A program made the position numbers and the translations under genes. DNA of 63,341 nucleotides, the filler included, from Stramenopiles sp. TOSAG23-3 (lineage: Eukaryota): assembly GCA_900128585.1 (NCBI GenBank). It is 11 parts of 11 records of this genome, joined end to end, with 100 filler letters (N's around TTAATTAATTAA, not from the genome) between each part and the next. Parts side by side here need not be neighbours in the genome. Positions count along the whole stretch, not along the records: positions 34,008 to 40,688 come from LT643273.1; positions 40,789 to 47,457 come from LT643274.1; 9 more parts are not named here. One strand, given 5' to 3'. Position 1 is the stretch's first letter. Each line of letters opens with the position of its first letter. This document shows positions 36,483 through 47,457 of this stretch, piece by piece. A model generated the notes under the pieces. That model did no database searches. It was not told the DNA's origin and saw only the letters and a list, made by a program, of their open reading frames with translations.

Positions 36483-36857
36483 GTTGCCGCGCAACGAATA
36501 TAACCATATTGGTAGCGTATGTTCACGAAGGAGACTTTCAGCATTTTGCAAGCGTTCACCCGGTGGCATGCGGCATAAAAAAAACAAGTTAAATATTAAT
36601 TTAGTACTAAAAGTACAACACGTTGTAAATATTTCTCGTTAAAAGTAGAAACAAAAAATTGGCTGTTATTTAAGTAGCTAAAGATTTTCGTCTTCATATA
36701 CTATTAGGGTATGAGGAAGCTAAATTTAATTACTTAAATAACAGCCAATTTTCTTGTTTTTATACTGTGAACTTATCCCTGCTCCTGAGATTTTACTAAA
36801 AACAAATATACCCCTGTCACTAGTCTTGACTATCATTCTCATGCGAAACTAAAAATA

Positions 36858-36935
36858 AAATTAAAAAATCAAGATAGGATTAGGATTGGATTTGAAGTAG
36901 TAATTGATTTAAAATGAGAGTCTTAAAACATACAC
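36858..36935 (+). repeat. Dispersed non-coding module B (...CAAGATAGGATTAGGATTGGATTTGAAGTAGTAATTGATTTAAAATGAGAGTCTTAAAACATAC)
   Basis: Copies at 14651-14712, 22503-22580(rc), partial at 30286-30306(rc). Confidence 0.85.
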
Positions 36936-37125
36936 TATATTAAATTTGTTTTTCATTCTCATGCGCTCTATTTTAAAAGAAAAAAAAACAAAGTACTATG
37001 TAACATCTAAAAACAAAAAATTGGCTGTTATAACCTTTTAAAGAATTAAAACAAAATAATACGCGCATGTTATTTAAACACGAAATAATGACATTTTCGG
37101 TAATTTTATTAAACAGTATGGTCCT

Positions 37126-37911
37126 TCACTTCTCGTCAATGTAGTCGGCCTTCACTTTTCGGCCCAAGTGCCATGCAGAGCTCCCGAACAGGGCAATATT
37201 CACCGAGCACAACAAGTAATTCACGGGGGTCACCAGCATTGCATACCTCGAGAAGAAAAATCCAGTCAGCGTGAGGGCAGTGTACTGGGTTAAACTAACT
37301 TTGTCTGTTGGACGGTCAAGGTCTAAAAATGATGCGCCTGATATCAACCATTTCGACATTGGGGCCCAGAAATGTACAGTAAACGGCCCTGCCGCCGCAG
37401 CGGAAGCCGTGCTCAACGGCCCCAAGTTTGCGCCTACAACGGCCGACTGGAGGGTCGGCCCAGCCAAGATCAGCGCTGCGACGGAAGCGCCAAAGGCGGC
37501 CGCCTTTGTGCCAAACTCTTTCACTTCCTCCTCTAGCCCGCTCTCAATCTTGTGCTCCAGCGCTCGCCTCATTTGGTTCGTTTGGGCGAGGACGTTCGAC
37601 ACGTGGCACGCGCACAGGGCCACGTTGCGCGGCTGGACCACCCAGGCCCAGCGGGCGAAAAGGGAGGAGTAGACGAGCATGACGCTCGTCATGTTCATGG
37701 AAATGATTTCAGGGCCGGCCACCGAGGCGTCCCAGATGGCAGCCCCGGTCATACCCCACCCTGCAATGGCCCCGGCCCCGCCCCAAAACTCTGCCGACGT
37801 CCACCACGTCTTTTTCGCCGCGGTGCCTTCGGACGACGAAGACGAAAGGGGCTTTCGTTGACCAACTCGAAGGCCCTGCTTTGCCAACCTCGACGTAAAA
37901 CGGGAAAACAT
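37126..37911 (-). CDS. Mitochondrial pyruvate carrier, single-chain MPC1-MPC2 fusion with presequence
   Basis: MPC1-like half (EFWG..GW, PEIIS, VQPRN..LCACH) and MPC2-like half (AGPFTVHFWAPMSKW, RPTDKVS, SRY, PVNYLLCSVN); Arg/Ser-rich N-terminus. Confidence 0.88.
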   Translation of the reverse strand: MFSRFTSRLAKQGLRVGQRKPLSSSSSEGTAAKKTWWTSAEFWGGAGAIAGWGMTGAAIWDASVAGPEIISMNMTSVMLVYSSLFARWAWVVQPRNVALCACHVSNVLAQTNQMRRALEHKIESGLEEEVKEFGTKAAAFGASVAALILAGPTLQSAVVGANLGPLSTASAAAAGPFTVHFWAPMSKWLISGASFLDLDRPTDKVSLTQYTALTLTGFFFSRYAMLVTPVNYLLCSVNIALFGSSAWHLGRKVKADYIDEK

Positions 37912-39525
37912 GTTGTTCGAAGAGAATGTGTGTGCGATTAAATTTTCCGCCTTTTAGGTAATTAAAGTCGCGCTTTCTTTCTTTCTATTCATCTGCGTTT
38001 AACGTAACGTTTGTTCAAAAACAAAACTGATGTCATTGTAGACGACTAACGAGATAATAATAGTCGTCTATTATCAAATGAATGAACCTTTGATGGATAT
38101 CGAATGAGTTAAAAAACACGACGATGGGAGGAGGAAGAAGAAGAATTGGTGGAAGAGATCAAGAGATGCAGGCATATTGCAGGCATGCAGGATGATAATG
38201 TGGTAATAATGGCTTCGATGACATAACGGTATTTCTATATTAGTATTATTCAATTTATGTCGTCGCGTCATTATTTTGAGAAATAAGGCGTCATGTCATC
38301 CATCATGCATGATGCCATCATCTCATCTTATAATTTTGGGCTGGAGAGAGAGACTTTAGTCTAATAAATAAGTTATTATTTATTAAGGATATGTATTTTA
38401 TAGGATAATAACGAAATGAAACCCTTTCATTAGACTATGATAAAGCCTATCTGTGTCTGTAGTAATGGATTTAGATGAAATCATATTTTATTCATTTTAA
38501 TAATAATTAAATAGAATAAATTATGCCTCTTTTATATACACAGAGCATAAATAATCATATATACCTATATCCTTAATTGATGAATCAAAATCCAATAAAA
38601 AAATTAAAAAAATGGGCAATTCTTCTTAATTTTATTTATTAAAATAGTCGTCTCCTCGCGTAGACCATTTTATTACCTAGACCTAGACTAGTTTATTCTG
38701 GTTGTGTTTACTTTTATTACCTTTTTGTTAGACGACTATTTTATTTGGGTTTTTATAGTTTTGGTTTTCGTTTCGTTTTATTTATTTTGTTTTTATTAAG
38801 GTTTATAGTCTAGTAGTTCTTCAGTTTATTTTGTGGCAGGCTCCTCCTCACTCCTCATTCCTCTTTCCTCACTCCTCTCCCCCATCCTCATCCTTCTCAG
38901 TTTTCTTCAACTTTTGACGGGTTTTTACGATAAATTATCGGATTTCCTCCGGTTTGTTTTTTCCTCTTCCGCATTTTTGAGTCGTAATTAAGGTTTAATA
39001 AATAATTTTGTCACTTTTTCGATACTATGAATATCTATAATTATTATCAATTTTAGTGAAAAATAAATTATTAATTCCCTATGATGAATAAATAGACAAA
39101 CCTTAATGGTGACATTTCGCATTTTCTTCTGTCCTACTACAAAACCAAAAAGGAGAATTTTGGTGGTCGTGTTTGTTTTTTAGAATACAAATTAACTACT
39201 AAGTAATAAATATTTTACATTCAAATTTTCTGAGGAGATTTTCATTTTTTAACGTTTACGGTAAACAGGAAAAGAATGAACACAGCATACAACGACCACA
39301 AAAAAAAAAAAAAGAATGCGCTCGTCACCACCACGTGACACTTTCAAATTGACTACGGTAATACATCCCCTAAAGGAATGTTGTATGATCCACATCAATG
39401 AAAAAGAGTTGAATGTCGGTGCCATCTTGCTGTCAGTACAAAATTATACCCACCAGGAGAAAGACGATCGAGAGTTTTACAACAACCCAAAGCAACGTAC
39501 CCAACCAACCACGTAACAACCACCA

Positions 39526-40688
39526 ATGGCGGACGAACCAGAGACCAGCGAACGGTCGGCTGTGCAGCCACTGGAAGTGGACGCGAGTGCCGTTGTGGAG
39601 AAGAAGGCACCCGTGCAGCTTGTGAAGGAGGACGTGGCCCTTACGAATTCACCAGGAGTTAAAGAATGTGGCAACATCGGGAAAGCCTTGGTGGCGCGCC
39701 CCTGCATTATATTTTGGGCAGGCATCGTCCTCATACTCGTGCTCACAATGGTAGCGACGCCGAACATGGTAATTTCTGAGAACGTCGGCCCAAGCTACGA
39801 CTTCACCCCTAATGACAACCCTGCCGTCATGGCCTTCGACGCTATAAGCGCTGCGGACAAATCGCTCGACTCCCTCTCCGGCGCCGACAAGCCCAAGGAA
39901 AGGAGCGCCCCCGATCTGAATTTTGGGTTCATGCAGTACCTGTACCAAGGCGAAAAGGAAGGCGAGGAGGTGTTCACCGTGGACAACGTCCAAAAAATTT
40001 GCAACTACGAGTCTCAGATTTTTAACCATGATGGCTACAAAGACTTCTGCATCCTCAACTACCCCACGGGCTGTGAAAACACGACTTGCGCCTCGTGTGC
40101 CGCACCAGCGCTGAGCATCGCGCACTTGTTCTATGGTGCGGACATATACGACAGTGCCTGCACCACCGCGGTGTGCACCGCCAAGGCGAATCTCGCCGCA
40201 TATTATATGAGCTACAGCCATAGCGATGGCAACACGTACAAGGTCTCTTCGATGGCAAGTGTCACTCGAAACGCGTTCAACTTCTCAAAATGCGACAAGC
40301 TGAGTGCCTGGAAAGTGAAGGCGACCCGAGAATGGCTGTACACAGAGGCGAAGAAATCCTCCATCGTGCTCCCAATCCCGAACGCCCCGCCCCTGACCGG
40401 GTCCCAACTGTACGGGTTTTATCTCGAGAAAGATTCGCTGACCCTCTCCCCGCCCAGAACCTCCAAGTCTCGCAGTTTCATTCAGCTTGGCTCTCCCCCG
40501 AAAGGGTTTAAGGATTCGAACGACGACGCGAAAGGGCAGATGGAACACTTTTGGAAATTTTGGTTGCCGGTCCAGGAGTACTTGTTCAAAAAGTTCGACG
40601 CGAAAACCACGTTCTTTAAAAGCCCGTACCGCCAGCTGGATACTACGGACGGAGATCTGAACGTGAAGTGGCTCGGGCTGTTGTTTTT
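39526..40688 (+). CDS. Dispatched/Patched-family (RND) membrane protein, N-terminal part
   Basis: TM1 after RPC, then FTVDNVQKIC.YE..I...GYKDFC typical of the first Dispatched ectodomain; truncated. Confidence 0.6.
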
Positions 40689-40867
40689 NNNNNNNNNNNN
40701 NNNNNNNNNNNNNNNNNNNNNNNNNNNNNNNNTTAATTAATTAANNNNNNNNNNNNNNNNNNNNNNNNNNNNNNNNNNNNNNNNNNNNATCTCATAGATA
40801 AGACAATCTTTCGGTGCCTTACAACGCCCACCTACTTCACGCTGATTTCCGTTTTTCATCCAGCAGA

Positions 40868-41353
40868 GTCTTTGCATCCTTCAACGACTTTGTCTGCGAC
40901 ACCGGCAGAGCGGGAGAGCTTCTTTACAGGGGAAGATTGTGGACCCCAGGGCAACGAGGCCCCCGTTCCTGTAGTCAAGGAGCAAAGGGTCGGCTTTTTC
41001 TTCTTTTCCTTTAAAAAATTAGAAATTGGCTTCGAGTTTTCCGAAACTCCCTCGTCTTCCTCTTTCTCGCCACCGCAGGTTTTTTCTGAGTGCTTCTCTT
41101 TTTGCCAAAATATGCACTTGGCGGATAAGTCAACCTTGTACAGCCGGAAAAAAGTGGTATTCGTTAACTCCATCAAAATTGAATTTAACTGGTCATCATT
41201 TGCCGTTTCAACGGTTTCTACGTTGCAATTCGCATCCCCAACTGTCCCCGAAGGCAAATCTTCAAACCGATGAAAATCGGCCTGAAAAACGTTACTGTCC
41301 GCGACTACGCATGCAAAGCAGCAGAAAAGCTGCAGCGCCCCCCTCGCAAACAT
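40868..41353 (-). CDS. ERO1: ER oxidoreductin ERO1, N-terminal fragment (broken at an inverted junction)
   Basis: Signal peptide, G.V.DA.CNVETV, FFRLYKVDL...C.FW....C. Confidence 0.8.
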
Positions 41354-41875
41354 TCTTCAAGGCTCTTTTGTTAGTTGTTGAGAACAATGAAAAAAAGCCG
41401 TTAGTCGAGTAAACCATGCACAAAAAGAAGATGAATCTTACCGTGGACAATAAATTGCTCAAAATAACTCATTTATGCAAACGTATGGGAATTTATTATT
41501 ACTCTTCTAATTTAGTACCACATATTCAAAAAAAGAGAAGCCCGCCGCCGAGGAGGACCGACGGAGGAGCGGGAGGGGATGATTCTGTTGTTTTTTTTTC
41601 TGTTTTCTGAAAAAAAAAGGAAGAATTAATCATAATATTAATATAAACACAGCATACGAATTCTCTATTCAAGAAAGCATCGTTTGAGGTCGACTACAGG
41701 TTGATACCGGTAGTTGGTGTCCACGTGGCACTTGAATAAAATCGTAGGGAATGCTGTGTGTATATTAAACAATACTGTGTGTATTTGTCCCTCTTCTTTC
41801 CACTTTTTCCGAGTCGTTGTGTTACTTTCTCTCACAATCAATCATATGTGATGCAAGTGCGGTGTCTTTTTTTAT

Positions 41876-44800
41876 TCATCCCGGTAGTGATGACAAAGCC
41901 TTTTGTGCAATGGAGTAGCACAAATATTCAGGGATACCAGCCCACTTCAAACCTTCATATACCTGCTCCGGAGAACCTCTTACGCAGCACCTTGCCAAAA
42001 CTTCATGAACAGCCGTCGTTGCTTTATGCCCCTTTTCACGCAGCTTGGACAGTACGCGCAACGCTTGCCTCCAAAGACTGCTCCTTTTCTTAGGGTCGAC
42101 CCGCGATTCCGAAATAGCGATTCCATCCATGACCAATAAATAAGGGGTGACACTTTTTTCGCACATGCCAAGATGTTCCATTTCTTCCAACGTAGCAAAC
42201 GCTATTTCGTGAGGGTATGGGTGTTCGGGGCTCTTTTTAAGGCAGATCAATACTTGGGTGTATGCTTGACGGTCTCGAGGCAACTTCAACTCTGCCATGT
42301 ATGCATGGCATTTCAGCGCGACTTGCCACGAGCCTAGGTTGCAGCACTGGGCCAACAACCGTTTGTATTCACCGCTGAGGGAATCTTCATCTTCCCGGGT
42401 ACGGAGCATGGAGCCTAGCTGCCTGCACCGTTCCAACAGTTTCCCCTCGGCAGTTATTGCGTGCGTGTTCGAGTCAACGGCAGAGCCCGCGCCGACCGTA
42501 CCGGGCTGTGAAAAGGGCGGAGACAACGGCTGGAGCTGAATTTTGTTTCGAAGACTAGGGAGGGCGGGCGGTGATGCCGCCGCGCTGCTCTCCTCGTCCT
42601 CATTCTGCGAGTATTTTGTTTTAAGAAGGGAAATTGAAAGCTCATTTTCTTTGTTAAGCGCTGCAAGGCGTGTTTTAAGTTCATGGATCCGTTTCGTCGC
42701 TCGTTTCGCCTTTCTTCTGGCCGCCCTGAACTCGGCCACAAGGCTGCGAAAGTCTCGGGATCGCTTAGTTTCGAATTGTTCTCCCTCTTTCAAGACAGTG
42801 TACAGCTCAGATCGCAGCTGGTTGGCACTTAAACGATTAATATTTGAAGACAATGCCTTCAGCCCGACCGCAATTTGATTGTCACCGTGTACCTCGACCA
42901 AGGCAAACACGGTAGCTTCTATGTGCAGCTGCAAGCGTGCTCTCCACATGGTGAGGGGTTGGTGACCATGTTGCTTCAGGTCGTTGATTGCGGCAGCAAT
43001 TTTTTGCAACCAACGAGGGGTGCTGCTGGCAATTCTTCTCCTAGAGCGATCCAACAGCGACATTGCAGTAGTCTGAGCATTCTCTAATGTTGCCAAGTTT
43101 TTCAAATACGTCTCAGTGTCCCTTTCGCGCGCTGCTCGGTAAGCTGCATAGTCGTCTTCTTTCTGGATCTGCCGACGAATAGATTCGATTGCCTGCATAG
43201 AGTTTTTCAAAGCGTGGCGTTCGACGCGTTTCACAGTCGCCTTCATATCATCCGTTGCCAGTTGTACCCTGTGAGCAATGACAGCATTGTAATAGGTTAC
43301 CGGGCGAATATTTGCTTTAAGGTACAATCCTTTCACCGTAAGGTCTAACGCCTTCGTCACGCTCTCGATCTTCCCCAGCCACATTTTCCCCTTTCCTACT
43401 TCCCAATTCGCATCTCGTCGTACCATTGGTAACGGTATAAAGGAAGCGCCTATTTGGACCCAACGAACAAGGGGCAAAATCCCGATGGAGAACAAGTAAA
43501 GCCTAGTAATATGCATTCGCCACAAGGATTGCAATTTAGTAGCGCCAAGATGCCACCGACGAACTTTAGCCTGGGCTATAAAACGTCGGGCAACACATTG
43601 GACATAAATCACAACCCCTTCCATTCGCTTGTACCGTATTTCCAGGACACGACGCCGGGCTATGAAACCGCGCCAAATGCGTTGAATCAGACAGGTTGCT
43701 TTGAACCGTAATATAGTCTCTAGATCTTTTCCGACTCGAACTGCGTAACCTCGCCAAGTTGCTTCAATCAAAATAGCACTCGTCCGCCATTTTCTGTACC
43801 GATTTCTTTTCAACATCATGCGCATGCGAGCTTGAATGCCCCTTGAAGCCCGGAAAAATTTGTCCCACAACCGGATGACATGACCTCGAACTAAACCTTG
43901 CATCTTTACAATAGCACGGTCCTGCACTTCGAACAGATTTTTCCAGCTTTCTGGATCCCATGCCAATAAGCAAGCCCGGGTCTTGATGTGGTAACAATTC
44001 CGTTTGTACGCGGCAAGCATTGAAGTATACGCAGAATACTTTTCGTTCATGTGAAAGTACATCTTGCCCAAGTGGTACAATATCTCAGCTGGCCAATCGT
44101 CTTGGTGATCATAGCACCGCAAGCACTCTGCAAATGCAAGGGCAGCGAAAACGGTATCCCCCTTTTCCATACACTTTAGGCCAAGACTGTTCCAGACATC
44201 ATTGTCGTTCCCGAATTGATCACTGGACGAATACTCGTATCTCCTCTTTCGCACGCGAATGCATTCAGCACGCCGCCGAAAGAAAGCAAATTCAATACCC
44301 GCTTTTGCGGCAGCTGAGTCGTGGTTCACAGATCTCTGCAGAAGTGAGGTCAGCAATGCAACGTCTACCTCGTCGTACGGAGCGTGTGGGTTTTCTAGGA
44401 TGCTGTGCAAGTATTCAATGGGTAAATTCTGATGACGATCGTCCACGGGACCCCGTCTATTGACACAAAAAAGGCTTTGGGCACCTATAAATACAACCTC
44501 ACCCAGTTTTTCGTAATGGGGAAAATAATCTATAATGTTTGACACGATGGAAATGACACCGTCATAAGACCCGGATAGAAATAGCAGCGCGAGAGACTCG
44601 TGTAGCATACGTGCATTTCTGCCACCGCCGTTGACTGTGCTTTCATTTCCTGATTTTGTCGAAGCTCGGATCGCTTTGTTCAAGAACAAATGGGCCTTCT
44701 GCAAATGCTTTCCTTCCGTTGAACTTGGAACAACATCAGAGAAACGATTCCGTGCGAGCTTCATGTGCGTTTCCCCAAGGTGTGTGTATATTTTTTGAGT

Positions 44801-45172
44801 TTTGACCCCCAGCTTCACAGCCCGCCCAAAATGTTTCAAAGCGTTTGCCTCATCTCCCAGGCCTAAACATCGCTCTCCGACTAATATGTGTAAAATAGCG
44901 TCATCAGGGTTTTCATTGGCATGGACTTCTAGTTGTGTCCTGACGGAAGCATTCATCGACAATCTTTGTCTTGTCAGCGGGTTTGGAGAATTTGGAGCGG
45001 ACCCAGAGCTGGCTGAAGAAGTCTCTTCGTCATCCTCATCCTCATCACTGTAACAAAAGCTGTACTTTCGTCGTTTGTACTTTCGAAGGTCTTTGTCTCT
45101 ATATTTCGGGCTATGGGTGGTCGGACTCGGTGGGGGCGTGACTTGGGAATACACGGGACGTAAATGAGCCAT
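41876..45172 (-). CDS. TPR + IQ-motif + coiled-coil + PPR-like repeat protein
   Basis: TPR-like helices, several IQ motifs (IQRIWRGFIARRR, LQSLWR), C-terminal PPR-like repeats (PRDRQAYTQVLICL). Confidence 0.75.
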   Translation of the reverse strand: MAHLRPVYSQVTPPPSPTTHSPKYRDKDLRKYKRRKYSFCYSDEDEDDEETSSASSGSAPNSPNPLTRQRLSMNASVRTQLEVHANENPDDAILHILVGERCLGLGDEANALKHFGRAVKLGVKTQKIYTHLGETHMKLARNRFSDVVPSSTEGKHLQKAHLFLNKAIRASTKSGNESTVNGGGRNARMLHESLALLFLSGSYDGVISIVSNIIDYFPHYEKLGEVVFIGAQSLFCVNRRGPVDDRHQNLPIEYLHSILENPHAPYDEVDVALLTSLLQRSVNHDSAAAKAGIEFAFFRRRAECIRVRKRRYEYSSSDQFGNDNDVWNSLGLKCMEKGDTVFAALAFAECLRCYDHQDDWPAEILYHLGKMYFHMNEKYSAYTSMLAAYKRNCYHIKTRACLLAWDPESWKNLFEVQDRAIVKMQGLVRGHVIRLWDKFFRASRGIQARMRMMLKRNRYRKWRTSAILIEATWRGYAVRVGKDLETILRFKATCLIQRIWRGFIARRRVLEIRYKRMEGVVIYVQCVARRFIAQAKVRRWHLGATKLQSLWRMHITRLYLFSIGILPLVRWVQIGASFIPLPMVRRDANWEVGKGKMWLGKIESVTKALDLTVKGLYLKANIRPVTYYNAVIAHRVQLATDDMKATVKRVERHALKNSMQAIESIRRQIQKEDDYAAYRAARERDTETYLKNLATLENAQTTAMSLLDRSRRRIASSTPRWLQKIAAAINDLKQHGHQPLTMWRARLQLHIEATVFALVEVHGDNQIAVGLKALSSNINRLSANQLRSELYTVLKEGEQFETKRSRDFRSLVAEFRAARRKAKRATKRIHELKTRLAALNKENELSISLLKTKYSQNEDEESSAAASPPALPSLRNKIQLQPLSPPFSQPGTVGAGSAVDSNTHAITAEGKLLERCRQLGSMLRTREDEDSLSGEYKRLLAQCCNLGSWQVALKCHAYMAELKLPRDRQAYTQVLICLKKSPEHPYPHEIAFATLEEMEHLGMCEKSVTPYLLVMDGIAISESRVDPKKRSSLWRQALRVLSKLREKGHKATTAVHEVLARCCVRGSPEQVYEGLKWAGIPEYLCYSIAQKALSSLPG

Positions 45173-46225
45173 GGTTTAATGCTACCTACTTTGAGCCCGA
45201 GACAAAATAAAGTTTTTGGTATGTTTGATGGTGAAAAACCGGGCACGAAAAAGCACGAATGTTATCTAATGAAATGCTTGAATACATTGTAATTGCATTA
45301 CTATCATATCACAAATGATCTCTCCCACTTTTTTTCCCCCTCTTCCCCACTGGTACAGGCATAAATACCTAACCAATTATAGCAAATACCCGGGGTACCA
45401 TCACCATCATATCATCATCACATTTTTATCATTTTTGTTGTTGTTGATGAATTAAAAACAAAATAAACAATTAAATTTATAAGTATCTGTTACTTAATGA
45501 CTTAAGGGCAAAAATAGAATCCAAGAAATAAAATGCCAAAAATAACGATAACATGAGAAGAGTACTAAATAGCTCGTAACATTGGTATAGCATCTCAAGT
45601 ATTAAACAGAATCTACGCATTTTAAATTGTAGCTAATTATTATTTATTATTTATTTTATTATAAAAAAATGATTAATTTTGGAAATCTGCCATTTTATTC
45701 ATTTTGTATTCTAATATGTTTTGATAGGGATATATTTAATACATAGGCATATCTCATTGGTGGTCATATTTCCAAAAAAATAATTGTAAAATGATGATTT
45801 ATTGATGCGACATTTTTTTTAATTTTGGATCCATTCATCGAATAAAAGGGAACCTGCCCTATGATATGCCTATGTGTTAAATGTTATGGTGTGCTTATGT
45901 CATAGTTCCATTACAGCTACATATCATTACTTAAAGATTCAGCACATTTTAGTCTAATAAAGAAAAAAGTCTTTTTCTTCTTTTCTTTATTTTTCTTTTT
46001 TTTCCCACTATTATTTATATGTATATTTATCAAGAAAAGAAAGAAAACTCATCACAGTTCAATCAATGCAATTTCTACGAACAGATGAGGGACGGATACA
46101 GTACATGAAATGCGGAAAACAAGAGATTACCCTAACTCGCCATCAGAAAAGCATAAGAACATTTCAGAAAAGATAGGCACTTTTGTCCTTGGTATTCTGC
46201 TCAGTGAACATTTATTTACGACACC

Positions 46226-47457
46226 ATGATTGCAAAGTGGTTTGTGCTTGCTGTGGCGACCGTGGCGTTAGCCTCCCTTTCGTGTAGCACTGCCGCCGGT
46301 GGCACGACTTGCGCCGGCATGGAAATGCTTGTAGGGCAGTCTTCGGCAAACTTTCACGAGGAAGTTCAACTTTGCGCACCGTATATTGTATCCAAGTGTT
46401 GTGGGGAAGAGGGTGGATGTTCACCTGGAGATGGTTTTGACGAGTGTTACCGTGAGTGCGGTACCTCTCTCTTGGCTGCCGGCGACGAAGTACTCTTGAA
46501 GTGCTCGAAGGCAAAACGCTCCCTGTTCCTCAGAAGACGCCTCCGAAGAAGAAAAAGACGAAGGTCTAAAAGAAAAGTCTCTAAAAGAGGACGGGGTAAG
46601 ACCCGAAGAAAGAGCCGCGGGAAAACACGCCGGAGCCGAAGAAGGACGCGGCCAAGAAAGAAGAAGGTGTCTACACAAAGACGAAGGTCTAAAAGAAAAG
46701 TCTCTAAAAGAGGACGGGGTAAGACCCGAAGAAAGAGCCGCGGGAAAACACGCCAAAGCCGAAGAAAGACGCGGCCAAGAAAGAAGAAGGTGTCTAAACG
46801 AAGACGAAGTAAGACCCGAAAAACTGGACGCCGGAAAAATCGAAGAAAGAGGAGGTCTGACCGCGGGCCGGTTGCCAAAAAAAAACGCAGAAGAAAACGG
46901 CGCGGTACCGATAAAAAAGGACGAGATGGTCGCAGACGGCGAAGAAAAGGAGGCAATCGTGACAACGACGACGACAACGATCGTAGACGTAAAAAACGCC
47001 GCGGTAAGGACGACGACAACGATCGCAGACGAAAAAAACGCCGCGGTAACGACGACGACGACGACGACAACGATCGTCGACGAAAAAAACGCCGAGGACA
47101 CGACGACGACGACGACGAGTACGAGAACGAAGGCTCTGGCGACGAAGGCTCTGGCGACGAAGGCTATGGCGACGAAGGCTATGGCGACGAAGGCCATGGC
47201 GACGAAGGCCATGGCGACGAAGGCACCCCTTTCGATTCTGACGTAAGCGTCAACCGAGGAGATACTCACCCTGGAACCGGGTCGTCTATTCTCGCATTGG
47301 CGAGAAGAAAAGTTGAAGAACTAAATGAGTTTGAAGATTTTGTTTGCAAAACCATTGGAACGATGCCAAAGAGCGAATTCTGCTGGATGAAAAACGGAAA
47401 TCAGCGTGAAGTAGGTGGGCGTTGTAAGGCACCGAAAGATTGTCTTATCTATGAGAT
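46226..47457 (+). CDS. Secreted protein with Cys-rich N-domain, Arg/Lys-rich region and acidic GDEG repeats (3'-truncated)
   Basis: Signal peptide; internal ~123-nt duplication (about 46556-46800); 15-nt GGCGACGAAGGC(TCT/TAT/CAT) repeats. Confidence 0.7.

Larger units (their letters stand above)
40789..47457. repeat. 79-nt perfect inverted repeat at both contig ends (40789-40867 / 47379-47457)
   Basis: 40789-40867 is the exact reverse complement of 47379-47457. Confidence 0.92.

Noticed and set aside
35639-36642. Several overlapping ORFs over the C2 protein tail
   Set aside because: By-products of low-complexity GC-rich codons
46421-47269. Hydrophobic antisense ORFs (AFVAM repeats)
   Set aside because: Mirror of the repeat-rich sense gene, which has a proper signal peptide
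40789-47457. Whole contig as a TIR DNA transposon or linear element
   Set aside because: No transposase; the repeat is coding sequence of an ordinary gene and equals the 79-nt assembly overlap
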